A stretch of DNA of 64,000 bases from an uncultured delta proteobacterium (lineage in GTDB: Bacteria; Myxococcota_A; Polyangia; Polyangiales; Polyangiaceae): contig CAWDXG010000004.1 in assembly GCA_963806225.1 (NCBI GenBank), forward strand, positions 192,001 through 256,000, in the 5' to 3' direction. Within the stretch, counting starts at the first letter, position 1, and every line of letters starts with the position of its first letter. The notes under the pieces were generated by a model. It ran no database searches. It was not told the DNA's origin and saw only the letters and a list, made by a program, of their open reading frames with translations. The position numbers were made by a program, and so were the translations under genes. Shown piece by piece: positions 33,266 through 43,633 of this stretch.

Positions 33266-35373
33266 AGCCGCGTTGTGCGGGTGGTCTCTGGCTGCTCGCC
33301 TGCGCTCTCTGTGCGCCCGCCGCCCACTCCGGCCCACGGCTGGCGATCCACGGCCGCCACGTCGAGATCGAGCGGCAGCCGATCGTCGTCAAAGGTCTGC
33401 GGGTAGTCGGGCGCGCCGACGTTGTCGTGAAGCCCGAAGGCCGGCGCCTCGGCGCCTCGGCTCCTGCATTCGCGCCGCCGGCCGAGTTGGTTCCGCAGGT
33501 TTCGTCGCGCGAGGCGTTGCGGGCTGCCGAGCGGGCGGTCAGCGCTTCGGGAATGACTCTAGCGGGCGCCCGGCACCCGCCGGAGCTGGCTCTGCTGCCT
33601 TCGCCGCACGGTCTCCAGCTGGTGTGGGAAATCGACGGGCGCGCCGCGTGGCCGGGCGCGGACCGGGTGCCCGGCGTGCTGCTCGATGCGCAGACGGGGC
33701 GCGTGCTGGCGCTCTGGAACGAGGTGGAGCGCTTCGACCGGGCACGGGTCTACCCGGAAAACCCGGTCGTGACGCCAGCGCTCGACGACGTCGTCCTGGG
33801 CACCGATCCCGCTTCGACGCACATCGCGAGCGCCGAGCTCGAGACATTCGACTGCGTCGATCAGCACGACACACGCTCGACGCCGATCGGCACGCTGCAC
33901 CTCTGCCACCTGCTTCCGGTCGCCCAGCGCGACGCGAACGGCGATTTCCTCCTCGAGCCCGCCGCCGGCAGCGCGGCGGAGGATCCCTTCGCGGAGGTGG
34001 AGGCGTTCTTCGCGGCCCGGCGCGCGCTCGAGGAGTTCCAGGGATTCGGGCTCCCCGCTCTGTCGACCCAGCCGCTGCCGCTGGTCGTGAACATGATGCT
34101 GCCAGCCGGCATCGACAGCGGAAATGCCGCACAGATGAGTGACCCGACGCTCCCGCTCGAGCCCTATGCGGGCGCTGCCTACCGGACTTCGAGCCCCGTG
34201 GTCGGCGAGCCCGCAGGCCTGGACGGACCGGCAATCTGGCTCGGCCAGGGTTCCGTCGCCGACATGGCCTACGACAGCGACGTGGTGAGCCACGAAATGG
34301 TGCACGCGGTCGTCGACAGCACGGTGCGACTCGTGCCGTGGATGCACGCCGACGACCAGGGCCTTTCAGGATCGCCGTCGGCGCTGAACGAGGGACTCGC
34401 CGACTATTTCGCCGGCGCGCTCGCCGGAGATCCGCACATCGGCGAGTACGCCGCGAAGAACTTCGGCCTACCGGAGATGCGCTCCATCGAGGGCCCGGCC
34501 CGCTGCCCCGAAGAGCTCGTGGGCGAGCCGCACGCCGACTCGCTGATCGTATCGCGCGCATTGTGGAGCGTGCGCCGCGGTCTAGCGCCGGACCGGCGCA
34601 GCGCATTCGACGAAGCGGTGTTCGACGCGCTGGTTTCGCTGCCCACGGGCGAGCCGGGCTTCGACGACTTCGGCCGGCAGCTGATCGCCGTGGTCCAGGC
34701 GTCGGAGCCCGCGGTGCTGCCGGCACTGCGCACGGAGCTGGCCGCGCGAGGCATCTATCCGGCGTGCCGCCGTGCCCTCGCGTGGACCGGCTCGCCGCTG
34801 GAAGCGCCCATCCCCGGCGGCCGCTACGTGGCACCCGGCCTGTACGACAGCCCCTGGGCCAACAACGGTCGACCGTCGCCGCTCGGCTACGCCCCGGGGA
34901 TCGTGCAGTTCACGGCGGAAGTGCCACCCGGAAGCGCCGCTGTGACCGTACGCTTCCAGGCCTGGGACGCGAACCCGGCCCCGCGGGTAGTGCTGGCGCG
35001 CGACGGCAGGATCGATTTCGACTGGAACGTGCCGCAGGCTGGCGCCGACCGGGACGCGGCGGCCACCAGCGCCGACGGACAGCACTTCGAGGCGCACTTC
35101 GCGCTTCCGCGGGGTACGGAGCGCCTGGCGGCCATGATCGTCGACTCCGGCACTCTGGCCTTCACCTACAGCACAGTGGACTTCGGCTTCGAGCCCGCAC
35201 CCCCCGCCGCCACCCAGCAGGCGGCCGCTCCCGCCCTTGTCGCGATGGGAGGCTGCGCCTGCCACGCTGCTCCGGAGCCGGGTCGACACGGCGCCGCGCT
35301 GCTGCTCCTGGGCGCGCTGGGCTTCATGAGCGGTCGTCGAAGAGCGCGCCGGAGGGCCCGTACAAGGGCCTAG
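33262..35373 (+). CDS. Thermolysin-like (M4/M36) Zn metallopeptidase with MYXO-CTERM-like tail
   Basis: Signal peptide, PepSY-like LLDAQTGRVL, DVVSHEMVH, ALNEGLADY, EPH; C-terminal GGCAC + TM + RRR; GTGA overlap with upstream gene. Confidence 0.8.
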   Translation: MKPRCAGGLWLLACALCAPAAHSGPRLAIHGRHVEIERQPIVVKGLRVVGRADVVVKPEGRRLGASAPAFAPPAELVPQVSSREALRAAERAVSASGMTLAGARHPPELALLPSPHGLQLVWEIDGRAAWPGADRVPGVLLDAQTGRVLALWNEVERFDRARVYPENPVVTPALDDVVLGTDPASTHIASAELETFDCVDQHDTRSTPIGTLHLCHLLPVAQRDANGDFLLEPAAGSAAEDPFAEVEAFFAARRALEEFQGFGLPALSTQPLPLVVNMMLPAGIDSGNAAQMSDPTLPLEPYAGAAYRTSSPVVGEPAGLDGPAIWLGQGSVADMAYDSDVVSHEMVHAVVDSTVRLVPWMHADDQGLSGSPSALNEGLADYFAGALAGDPHIGEYAAKNFGLPEMRSIEGPARCPEELVGEPHADSLIVSRALWSVRRGLAPDRRSAFDEAVFDALVSLPTGEPGFDDFGRQLIAVVQASEPAVLPALRTELAARGIYPACRRALAWTGSPLEAPIPGGRYVAPGLYDSPWANNGRPSPLGYAPGIVQFTAEVPPGSAAVTVRFQAWDANPAPRVVLARDGRIDFDWNVPQAGADRDAAATSADGQHFEAHFALPRGTERLAAMIVDSGTLAFTYSTVDFGFEPAPPAATQQAAAPALVAMGGCACHAAPEPGRHGAALLLLGALGFMSGRRRARRRARTRA

Positions 35374-35434
35374 CCTCGTCCCGTTGCGGCTACCAGGACC
35401 TACGGATTCCGCTGATGTTTGAGATCAAGCCGCT

Positions 35435-36220
35435 TTGGGTCATGATACGCGATCTGTGGGATTCGACCTGGGCTTCGCAACGTGCTTCGAGGTCGATCAG
35501 GATCTGATCGAGCAGGCGCTGACCCCTGCCCGCTTGCTCAACGATCCCGCACCGCGCGACAAGATCTTTGCGCTGATCGAGCGCATGGCCCGCATCGCGC
35601 GACCACGTCAGGGAGCTGCCCGGCTCCTGACCGTCTTCGCGCGCCTCGCGGAATGCGGCTGGCTGGAGGGCGAGCTCGAGATCCTGCTCTGCGATCTGGG
35701 CGAGGCCACGGGCATCGACGTCATGCTGCACGACGGCCTCAGCTTCGTGAGGCTGCACGCGCCGATCCGGGTCGGCGTGCCGTTCAACGAGTTCACCACC
35801 GCCTTCGAGCGTGATCCGCTGGCGGTTTCGCCGCTGGAACAGGCTCCGGCCGACCTGGACGTGCTCCGGCTGCGCGCCACCGAGGCCACGCATTCGCGCG
35901 GCGCGCGGAACGCCGCGGAGTTCCAGATCCCGGACGCGGCGCCCACCGAGGAGCTGGTGTCGAAACCGACGGTCAAGCTGCGCACCGTGACGATCCCACG
36001 CGAGGCCTATCGCGATGGCCAGCCCCCGGACGCCGCGGGCAGCCACTCGGCCGACACCGCACGCGCGGACACCGGCGACAGCGAGCAGCGGGCCTCGGAA
36101 CCGATCACGGTCGAGATGCAGGCCGTGCGCCCGGAAGAAGCGCCGGACGAGCCAGCGCCGGCCTCGGAAACCCCGGAAACGAAGCGCGTGGTGGACGACA
36201 TCGACGAGGGCTGGGAGTAG
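35435..36220 (+). CDS. Hypothetical protein
   Basis: GC3-biased ORF, acidic disordered tail ending DDIDEGWE; start uncertain. Confidence 0.55.
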   Translation: MGHDTRSVGFDLGFATCFEVDQDLIEQALTPARLLNDPAPRDKIFALIERMARIARPRQGAARLLTVFARLAECGWLEGELEILLCDLGEATGIDVMLHDGLSFVRLHAPIRVGVPFNEFTTAFERDPLAVSPLEQAPADLDVLRLRATEATHSRGARNAAEFQIPDAAPTEELVSKPTVKLRTVTIPREAYRDGQPPDAAGSHSADTARADTGDSEQRASEPITVEMQAVRPEEAPDEPAPASETPETKRVVDDIDEGWE

Positions 36221-36239
36221 TCGCATACAATGCCGGGCC

Positions 36240-37781
36240 ATGAGCGAGCTCGACATCTGCCCCGCCGACGAGAGTCCCCTGCCCCCGGTCGAGTATTCGT
36301 CGCCCGACGACGTGAAGCGGGCGGTCGAGAGGGCCCGGAAGGCACAGCGCGCCTGGGCGGAGCTGTCGATCGGCGAACGCGCCGAACGGCTGCTGGCCGT
36401 CGCGCAGCGCATCCTGGAAGGACAGGACGAGATCTGCCGTATCCTCGAACAGGAAACCGGGCGCTCGCCGACCGAGTCGCGGATGACCGAGATCGCGACC
36501 ACCGCGGACTATGTCAAGGGCGTGATCCGGGCAGGCATGAAGGCGCTCGCCCCGGAGCGAATCAAGCTCTCCGCGTTGGACTTCCCGGGCAAGAAGGTCG
36601 TCGTCGAGGTGGTGCCGCGCGGGGTCATCGGCATCATCGCGCCCTGGAACTACCCGGTTTCGAACTTCTACAAGTCGGTGTGGCCCGCGCTGCTCGCGGG
36701 CAACGGCGTCGTGCTGAAGCCGTCGGAGCACACGCCGCGCTCCGGAGCATGGCTCGCCGCACAGCTTGCCGGCGCGCTGCCGGAGGGCCTCGTCGGGCTG
36801 GTGCAGGGCAAGGGCGAAGTCGGCCAGGCGCTGATCGACAGCGGCATCGACAGCATCGTCTTCACCGGCTCGGTGCCGACCGGGCGGCGCGTGGCGCTCG
36901 CCGCGGCCGAGCGGCTCATCCCGAGCTCGCTCGAGCTCGGCGGCAAGGACGCGGCGATCGTGCTCGCCGACTGCGACATGCCGCGCACCGTGGCGGGCGT
37001 GCTGCAGTGGTCGATGCACAACGCGGGACAGAACTGCGCAGCCATCGAACGGGTGTACGTCGAAGAAGCGATCGCCGATGCGTTCGTGGACAAGCTCGGC
37101 AAGGCGGCCCAGCGTCTGAAGGTGGCGCCTGAGGAAGGCCCGTCGGATCTCGGCCCGCTGCAGAACGCCGCGCAGCTCGCCATCGTGGAAGCGCACGTGG
37201 CGGACGCGAAGAAAAAGGGAGCCCGCGTGATGAGCGGCGGTGAGCGCACCGGACGCGGCTTCGGCTACCGGCCGACGGTGCTCGACGGCTGCAGCGACGA
37301 GATGCGCGTCGTGCGCGAAGAGACTTTCGGCCCCGTGGTGGCCATCGTGCGCGTGAAGGACGCGGAAGAGGCGCTTCGCCGCGCCAACGACTCGCCGTAT
37401 GGGTTGAACGGCTCGGTGTGGACGCGGAACATCGAGCGCGGCGAGGCGCTCGCGCGCCGGCTCGAGGTCGGCGTGGCGCTCGTGAACAACCACTCGTTCA
37501 CCGGCATCCTGCCCGAGACTCCCTGGACCGGCGTGAAGGACACCGGCCCCGGCATCGCGGCCAGCCGACATGCCTACGCGCACCTCGTGCGCCCGCGCAC
37601 GCTGCTCGTCGACCGCTCGAAGAAGCCTGATCCTTTCTGGTTCCCGGCAAACGCGGACCTCGAGCAGATGAGCCTGGCGCTGGTCGAGCGCAACAAGGGC
37701 TCGTTCATGGCGCTATTCAAGCTGGCCGGACTGCTCGGCAAGCGCGTCAAGGCGATCCGGCAGCGTATCGCCGACTCCTAG
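36240..37781 (+). CDS. Aldehyde dehydrogenase
   Basis: IAPWNYP, LKPSE, FTGS, LELGGKD, AGQNC, EETFGP, YGL. Confidence 0.95.
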   Translation: MSELDICPADESPLPPVEYSSPDDVKRAVERARKAQRAWAELSIGERAERLLAVAQRILEGQDEICRILEQETGRSPTESRMTEIATTADYVKGVIRAGMKALAPERIKLSALDFPGKKVVVEVVPRGVIGIIAPWNYPVSNFYKSVWPALLAGNGVVLKPSEHTPRSGAWLAAQLAGALPEGLVGLVQGKGEVGQALIDSGIDSIVFTGSVPTGRRVALAAAERLIPSSLELGGKDAAIVLADCDMPRTVAGVLQWSMHNAGQNCAAIERVYVEEAIADAFVDKLGKAAQRLKVAPEEGPSDLGPLQNAAQLAIVEAHVADAKKKGARVMSGGERTGRGFGYRPTVLDGCSDEMRVVREETFGPVVAIVRVKDAEEALRRANDSPYGLNGSVWTRNIERGEALARRLEVGVALVNNHSFTGILPETPWTGVKDTGPGIAASRHAYAHLVRPRTLLVDRSKKPDPFWFPANADLEQMSLALVERNKGSFMALFKLAGLLGKRVKAIRQRIADS

Positions 37782-37828
37782 GGCGGCGGATTCGCGACGG
37801 CGCGGGGCCGCATGCTAGCCTTGGACAC

Positions 37829-38560
37829 ATGGCCTCGCGGCGTCGTCTGGAGCTCGCGGCGCTGCTCGCCGCGGTCGCCTCGCTGGCTGCCTCCGGGCTC
37901 GCTGCCGGCGAGCTCGACCCGCCCGCTGCCGCGCCGCCGGTATTGCCCGCGCCACGTGCCGTTCCCACGCCGGCATCTCGACCCGTCGCTCCCCTGCCCT
38001 GGGTCGCGCGGCTGTATCCGCTGCACGTGGAAAACCTCAACACGCGCGCCGAGGCAAACCTCGTGCTGTTCCGCCCCGACGGCAGCGTCGATCCGCGCGT
38101 CGTGGAGACGTTCAGCGCCGTCTCCGCGCGCGGCGAAGACGACGTGTGGCCACTCAGGACGCGGCTGGTCGAGCTCGCGTTCAAGACGGCCTATCACTTC
38201 GGCGCGGGTTCCCTCGTGATCCTCTCGGCCTACCGCCCGCACGCCGGCTATCACTCGAAGTGCGCCGCACTGGATTTCCAGCTTCCCGGCGTGAACGCAA
38301 AGAAGCTTTCGGCTTGGCTGCGCCGACTGCCACGGGCCGGCGTGGGCGTGTACACCCACCCACGGACGCAGTTCGTCCACCTCGACGTGCGCCGGATGAG
38401 CTACCACTGGCTGGACGCCTCGCCGCCCGGCGTGACGTGGAAGGAGCTGCGCCTGCGCGATCCGTCCTACCGCGAGCGCGACGCAAGCTACACGCCCGCC
38501 AGCGATCTGCCACTCGTCACGCCTCGGCCGCCGGAGCCGCCTCACGGCGCGCGGCGGTAG
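37829..38560 (+). CDS. DUF882/YcbK-like (peptidase M15A) protein
   Basis: ILSAYR, YH..CAALDF, GVGVYTH...FVHLDVR..YHW. Confidence 0.8.
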   Translation: MASRRRLELAALLAAVASLAASGLAAGELDPPAAAPPVLPAPRAVPTPASRPVAPLPWVARLYPLHVENLNTRAEANLVLFRPDGSVDPRVVETFSAVSARGEDDVWPLRTRLVELAFKTAYHFGAGSLVILSAYRPHAGYHSKCAALDFQLPGVNAKKLSAWLRRLPRAGVGVYTHPRTQFVHLDVRRMSYHWLDASPPGVTWKELRLRDPSYRERDASYTPASDLPLVTPRPPEPPHGARR

Positions 38561-40454
38561 GATCGGTGGTCGGGCGCACTGCCGCGGGCACGAACTCGCG
38601 CAGGTGCCAGGCGTAGAGGAAGAGCTGCGTCTCGCTGCGCTTGAGGGCGTCGCGGACCCGCGTCACCGAGAGGGCGCCCGTCACCACCATCCCCAACGAG
38701 ATGACGACCAGGAACAGCAGCGTCGGAATGCGCGGCAGCTCGATAGCTCCTGGGGTCACGGTCAGCCCCGCGCTCGAGAAGACGTAGTCGCCCGGCAGCA
38801 TCCCACCTGCCCAGACCGCGAGCACCCCCAGGATGGTCAGACACGCGGTGGCGACGGCGAAGCGCCGGTACGCCGGATCGAGATTCAGCGCAAAGCCCGT
38901 GGTGTTCACTGCAATGATGCCGGGCGTCACGACCAGCGGCCCGAACAACGCCGCCGTGCACGCGAACGCGATGTTGCTCACCACCATCACCAAAAGGACG
39001 CCCCACACGGGCGGCGAGCGGCGCGACGCGGTCCAGAAGCTGACGCCACTGGCACACACGGCCGCGACGTACATCGCGACGAGCCAGCCCCACTGCCGTA
39101 CTCCGCCCCACCAGAGCAGCGGCAGATACCCGAACAGGCTCAGGTAGGCGAAGCCCCCGATCTTTCCGATCCAGCGCAACTTGTCGCGGTCGTTCCGGTC
39201 GAGCTCCATCTGGACCTCGGGCGGGAGCACGCGCGGCGGCTCGGCCAGCAGGCGCACCAGGGTCTCCATGGCCGTCGTGTTGTCGGGATCGAGCGCCAGA
39301 GCGCGTCCGATCTCGCGCATCGCGCGCCGGCGCTCCTCGAAGCCGGGGCTCCACTCGCTGCGTGCCCGGTCCGCCGCTTCGCCCGCGGACTTCGCGTGTC
39401 GTCGCGCCATGCTGCGGCGAAGCTCTACGTCGCGCTCTCCGTCCTCGAACCGCTCGATCGCTTCGTTCAAGGCGCGCGCGCTCTGGAAGCGCTGGCCAGG
39501 GTCCAGCGCGGTGGCGCGCACGACGATCTCTTCCAGCTCTGGCGGCACGTCGCTCTCCGGCGCGCGCAGCGATGGTCGCGACTCCACGCCGGCGAGCGTC
39601 GAGCTCATCACCTCCTGGATGGTCTCGCCCTCGTGCAGGGGACGTTGCGTGAGCATCTCGAACAGGATGACGCCGAGGGAATAAACGTCCGCACGCGGTC
39701 CCACGTCGGAAAGCTCGCCGCGCATCTGTTCGGGCGCCATGTAGCCGGGAGTTCCGAGCACGGCGCCTGCGCGGGTCTCGCTCGTGCGCGGGCCCGCGAT
39801 GACGGCACTCGCTCCGCGTTCGATGGGTAGATCCGTAGCGCCGAGCACGCGCGCCAGACCCCAGTCGAGCACGTACACCTCGCCATAGTCGCCGAGCATG
39901 ATGTTGCCCGGCTTGAGGTCCCGGTGCACGACGCCGCGGCGGTGAGCGAAGTCGACCGCGAGGCACACGCTCGAAAACGCCGCTAGCAGCCGCCTTCGCG
40001 AGTAGTCCGCACCGCGGCCCTGGCGCAGATCGTCGATGACCTGTTCCAGCGTGGCACCGCGCACGCGCTTCATCGTGAAGTACATCGCGCCGTCGGGATC
40101 GACGCCGAGATCGTAGACCGGCACCACCGCCGGGTGCTCGAGCTGGCCCTGGATGCGCGCCTCGCGCAGGAAGCGCGTCTCGGCCTCGCTGTGTCCAAGG
40201 CGATGCGGTTGCAGACGCTTCATCGCCACGCGTCGCCAGATCTGCTGATCGCCGCAGAGCGCCACGACTCCCATGCCGCCCTGTCCGAGTACGGCCTCCT
40301 GCCGGTAGCGGTGCGGAAAGTCGAGCGGCGAGATCGGCGCGGCGATCGCGCCCCCATCGCGCGCTCCGCCATCCACTTCCGCTGTCGGCGCCATGCGCGT
40401 ACCGGCATCCAGCGTGACGCGCCTATCGTCCGAGTCGGGCGTATCGAACTGCAT
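38517..40454 (-). CDS. Ser/Thr protein kinase with multi-TM C-terminus
   Basis: LGQGGMG, VAMK, HRDLKPGN, DWG, GTPGYMAPE, DVYSLG; about five hydrophobic helices at the C-terminus. Confidence 0.92.
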   Translation of the reverse strand: MQFDTPDSDDRRVTLDAGTRMAPTAEVDGGARDGGAIAAPISPLDFPHRYRQEAVLGQGGMGVVALCGDQQIWRRVAMKRLQPHRLGHSEAETRFLREARIQGQLEHPAVVPVYDLGVDPDGAMYFTMKRVRGATLEQVIDDLRQGRGADYSRRRLLAAFSSVCLAVDFAHRRGVVHRDLKPGNIMLGDYGEVYVLDWGLARVLGATDLPIERGASAVIAGPRTSETRAGAVLGTPGYMAPEQMRGELSDVGPRADVYSLGVILFEMLTQRPLHEGETIQEVMSSTLAGVESRPSLRAPESDVPPELEEIVVRATALDPGQRFQSARALNEAIERFEDGERDVELRRSMARRHAKSAGEAADRARSEWSPGFEERRRAMREIGRALALDPDNTTAMETLVRLLAEPPRVLPPEVQMELDRNDRDKLRWIGKIGGFAYLSLFGYLPLLWWGGVRQWGWLVAMYVAAVCASGVSFWTASRRSPPVWGVLLVMVVSNIAFACTAALFGPLVVTPGIIAVNTTGFALNLDPAYRRFAVATACLTILGVLAVWAGGMLPGDYVFSSAGLTVTPGAIELPRIPTLLFLVVISLGMVVTGALSVTRVRDALKRSETQLFLYAWHLREFVPAAVRPTTDPTAARREAAPAAEA

Positions 40455-40505
40455 CCACCCAGGATAGACGACCCTGGAGCCGGCGTCGGCCGGCATGCGT
40501 GTCTA

Positions 40506-41600
40506 CTACTGGAGGCAGCCGATACGCTTTTTCGCGACGACCATGTCGTCGTACCAGACGCTGCCGCTCGCGCCCGCGTCGGTGATGTAGTTCTGGGGCC
40601 AGAACGCGTCGAGCTTGAGTGCGGTGGTGCTGCGGTACTGGAGATCCATCGGGATCATCGTGGTTCCGGAAGCGGGCGGGTAGTTCGTGCACTCGGGGCT
40701 GTCGGCCAGCGCGGAGCAGAACTTGTCGCGGACCCAGTAGCCGAGCGGCTTCGCATCGGTGAACTGGATGACGGATTGGTCGTTGACCCACAGACCGAGC
40801 TCGGCGCCCTTGCCGTTCGCGCCGCTGGGGTTGAGCTTGATGTGCAGCTCGATGCACATCCACTGGTCACCGGGCGCCACGATCGACTTCTCGTGGACCA
40901 GCGAATTGCCGTAGTAGGCGGTGCTGCCGCTCGGCTGCGCCATCCAGGAGTGCATGTCCATCCAGTAGTTGTAGAAGTCCATGCGGACGTTCTGGCCCTG
41001 CTCCATCGGCTCTAGCGATACGCTGAAGCGATCGTCGCCGTTGGGCTTGAGCCCCGCCTGGGGGTTCGGCCACTTCGACGCCGGGTTGTAGCCGCCGACC
41101 CACACGCCGGTGTGGTGCCATTTCACGTTCGCCTGGTACTTGGCGTAGTAACGGACGTAGAGCTCTTGGTAGCCGGGTGCGAGGTTCTTGTAGAAGTCGG
41201 TCGCGTTCGCGCCATCACCGCTGGCGGTGAGCTTCATCGATGCCTTGCCGCCGCTCTTCGCCGGCACGTCGGAGACCAGCGCCATGCCGGCGGAATTCTT
41301 GTGGTCGTCGTAGCGTCCGGTGACGGCGCCGACCGAGCCTTCTTCGAAGTTCTCCGCCCAGACCACATCGGGGTCCTGGCCGATGCCGACGTCGCCTGGA
41401 TACTTCGACGCGATGCCTCCGGCGCCACTGCCGGCGCTACCCGCGCTGCCTCCGGCGCCACTGCCGCTCGTTCCGCCGCTCGCAGACGACCCACCGCTAC
41501 CGCCGCTGCCCGCCGCTCCGCTGTTGCCTCCCGAGCTCCCGCACCCAGAACCGAGGGCCAGCAACGACGCCGCACCGACGTAGAGCCAAGTGTGTCTCAT
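40506..41600 (-). CDS. Lipoprotein with Gly/Ser linker and probable beta-sandwich (polysaccharide-lyase-like) domain
   Basis: Lipobox GSGC; ENFEEG, LYVRYYAKY, WMCIELHIKLN, LWVND, WYDDMVVA. Confidence 0.65.
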   Translation of the reverse strand: MRHTWLYVGAASLLALGSGCGSSGGNSGAAGSGGSGGSSASGGTSGSGAGGSAGSAGSGAGGIASKYPGDVGIGQDPDVVWAENFEEGSVGAVTGRYDDHKNSAGMALVSDVPAKSGGKASMKLTASGDGANATDFYKNLAPGYQELYVRYYAKYQANVKWHHTGVWVGGYNPASKWPNPQAGLKPNGDDRFSVSLEPMEQGQNVRMDFYNYWMDMHSWMAQPSGSTAYYGNSLVHEKSIVAPGDQWMCIELHIKLNPSGANGKGAELGLWVNDQSVIQFTDAKPLGYWVRDKFCSALADSPECTNYPPASGTTMIPMDLQYRSTTALKLDAFWPQNYITDAGASGSVWYDDMVVAKKRIGCLQ

Positions 41601-41666
41601 CAAGACCCTCCGCGACCGACAGGCTATCAGCTCGCGGTGGTTGCCGTCACCAGCTGGTGCGGTGCG

Positions 41667-42227
41667 TCACTCCGCTTGCGCGATTTTCGCGGCGTTGTCC
41701 TGTTGGAAGAACGGCAGCGAAGTCGGACGCGCTTCCGCGACCAGGCTCATCGCAGCGACGACGCAGGCGAGCAGCACGGCAGCGTGACGTTCGGCGGGCC
41801 AGGCGCTCACGTGTTCGAACAGCGTGCCGAGCACACGCCCGGGCCAGGGCCTGAGGCGAAGCAGCAGATCCTGTGCCTCGCCCGTCGCCCGCGCGGTCGC
41901 GCGTCGCATCGCCTCGGAAGGCTCGACCCACTCCGCGGGCCCGGATGCCGGGCTCGCCCACCAGCCGGGGGGCGGCTTCGAGCGGCGCGCCGAGCGCCGT
42001 CCGCGGTCGTACGCAGCGCGACGCCCGGCATCGAGCAGCACGCCGGCGGCGACGTTGATCGCCGCCATGCGCTGCTCTGCGGCGAGACGGTCGAACGGGT
42101 TGAGATCCGGGTGGCTCTGCATCGCGAGCCGGCGGTACGCCCTGCGGATGTGGTCCGGCGAGGCGTCGCGTGGAACGCCCAGCACCTCGTACAGATCCAT
42201 TGCCAGCACGTCCTTGCCGAACCGCAT
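41667..42227 (-). CDS. J-domain (DnaJ-like) protein with C-terminal TM
   Basis: DLYEVLGV...IRRAYRRLAMQSHPD...RRAAYD. Confidence 0.85.
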   Translation of the reverse strand: MRFGKDVLAMDLYEVLGVPRDASPDHIRRAYRRLAMQSHPDLNPFDRLAAEQRMAAINVAAGVLLDAGRRAAYDRGRRSARRSKPPPGWWASPASGPAEWVEPSEAMRRATARATGEAQDLLLRLRPWPGRVLGTLFEHVSAWPAERHAAVLLACVVAAMSLVAEARPTSLPFFQQDNAAKIAQAE

Positions 42228-42394
42228 ATCTCGACCTCGCGAAACCCGGAACCTCCAGCATACGACAGCGCAGGATGCGACATGTTCCCGGAAAACCTGT
42301 CCACGCCCACAGTGTGTGTGCACCCCCCACAATTGTCGGGCGCTCCGGGGGCGGCGGGCACCGGGAGCCGCCCGATTCGGATAGACTGGCCGGC

Positions 42395-43609
42395 ATGCGA
42401 AACATGGCGCGCGGAAGCTGGCTGGTAGCGGTGGCAGCAGTACTGGTGGCGTGTAGCGGCGGAGACGGCTCCGGCAACGGAACGGGCGGCAGCTCCGGCG
42501 CGGGCGGCGCGAGCGGAGGAGCGGGCGGCTCCGGAGCCAGCGCAGGCAGCGGCGGCGCGACCGGCGGCAGCGGCGGCGCGACCGGCGGCAGCGGCGGCGC
42601 GACCGGCGGCAGCGGCGGCGCGACCGGCGGCAGCGGCGGCGCGACCGGCGGCAGCGGCGGCTCGACCGGCGGCAGCGGCGGTTCAACCGGCGGCAGCGGC
42701 GGTTCAACCGGCGGCAGCGGCGGTTCAACCGGCGGCAGCGGCGGTTCAACCGGCGGCAGCGGCGGTTCGACCGGCGGCAGCGGCGGTTCAACCGGCGGCA
42801 GCGGCGGCGGTACTACCTGCCCGGCAGCGCCCGGCAGTGCAACGGCGGCACAGAAGACTGCGCTCTCAGAGGTGAACGCGGCGCGCACTGCCGCGGGCGA
42901 CAAATGCGCGCGCATGGTCGCCTCGCTGAACACCTCGACCACCAAGCACTGCACCTACTACGCCGCCAACAAGTCCGCCGGCGCAAACCAGTGCATCGCG
43001 AATCCGCACAACGAGGTGTCCGGCTGCAAGGACTACGTGGCCGTGAACTTCTGGCAGCGCATGCAGGCTGCCGGCTACTCGGGCGCGCCCGCCTTCGAGG
43101 ACATGGCGTTTGCGAACAACCCGACGGCTGCCGTCGCCATGTGGATCAACTCCGTCTGGCACCGCACGCCGATCCTGAGCCCCTGGGTCGTGGACGTCGG
43201 CTACGGCAAGGCCACCGGTTGCGACACGATGGACTTCGGCACGGGCAGCGTGATGGCAGCAAGCACGGTCGTCACCTGGCCGTATGCCGGACAGACCAGC
43301 GTGCCCCCGTCGTTTTCGGGCAACGAGGGGCCGAAGCCGCCGGCGCCCCCTGGTGGCTTCCCGAGCGGCTATCCGATCACGCTATTCGCCAAGGGAGCCA
43401 GCATCACGTCGCACACGCTTACCGTGGCGGGGAACTCCACGCCGATCAGCCACCAGTGGCTGACGCCGGCAACGCAGACCCTGCTCAGGGACGCCTACGT
43501 GATGTACGCGGACAAGCCGCTGGCATCGAAGACGAAGTATCGCGTGACCATCAAGGGCACGCACACGGGCGGCACGCTGAACGAGAGCTGGACGTTCACG
43601 ACGCAGTGA
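42395..43609 (+). CDS. CAP (SCP) domain lipoprotein with long Gly/Ser/Thr repeat linker and Ig-like C-terminus
   Basis: Lipobox LVAC; EVNAAR, H...H, WINSVWHRTPIL, VGYG; C-terminal PLASKTKYRVTI...WTFTT. Confidence 0.82.
   Translation: MRNMARGSWLVAVAAVLVACSGGDGSGNGTGGSSGAGGASGGAGGSGASAGSGGATGGSGGATGGSGGATGGSGGATGGSGGATGGSGGSTGGSGGSTGGSGGSTGGSGGSTGGSGGSTGGSGGSTGGSGGSTGGSGGGTTCPAAPGSATAAQKTALSEVNAARTAAGDKCARMVASLNTSTTKHCTYYAANKSAGANQCIANPHNEVSGCKDYVAVNFWQRMQAAGYSGAPAFEDMAFANNPTAAVAMWINSVWHRTPILSPWVVDVGYGKATGCDTMDFGTGSVMAASTVVTWPYAGQTSVPPSFSGNEGPKPPAPPGGFPSGYPITLFAKGASITSHTLTVAGNSTPISHQWLTPATQTLLRDAYVMYADKPLASKTKYRVTIKGTHTGGTLNESWTFTTQ
42545..42808 (+). repeat. 21-bp coding tandem repeat (GSGG[A/S]TG), 12 full copies plus a partial copy
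   Basis: Unit ggcagcggcggcgcgaccggc x5, then ggcagcggcgg(c/t)tc(a/g)accggc x7. Confidence 0.95.
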
Positions 43610-43633
43610 GCGGGCGCGAACAGCGCGGCGCTG

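Noticed and set aside
38517..38560. 44-bp convergent overlap of peptidase and kinase genes
   Set aside because: Short low-complexity tail overlaps are common in high-GC genomes.
42545..42808. Possible CRISPR array (also 62749-62910 and about 49000-49090)
   Set aside because: Units are contiguous with no unique spacers, have lengths divisible by 3 and encode Gly-rich linkers; no cas genes.
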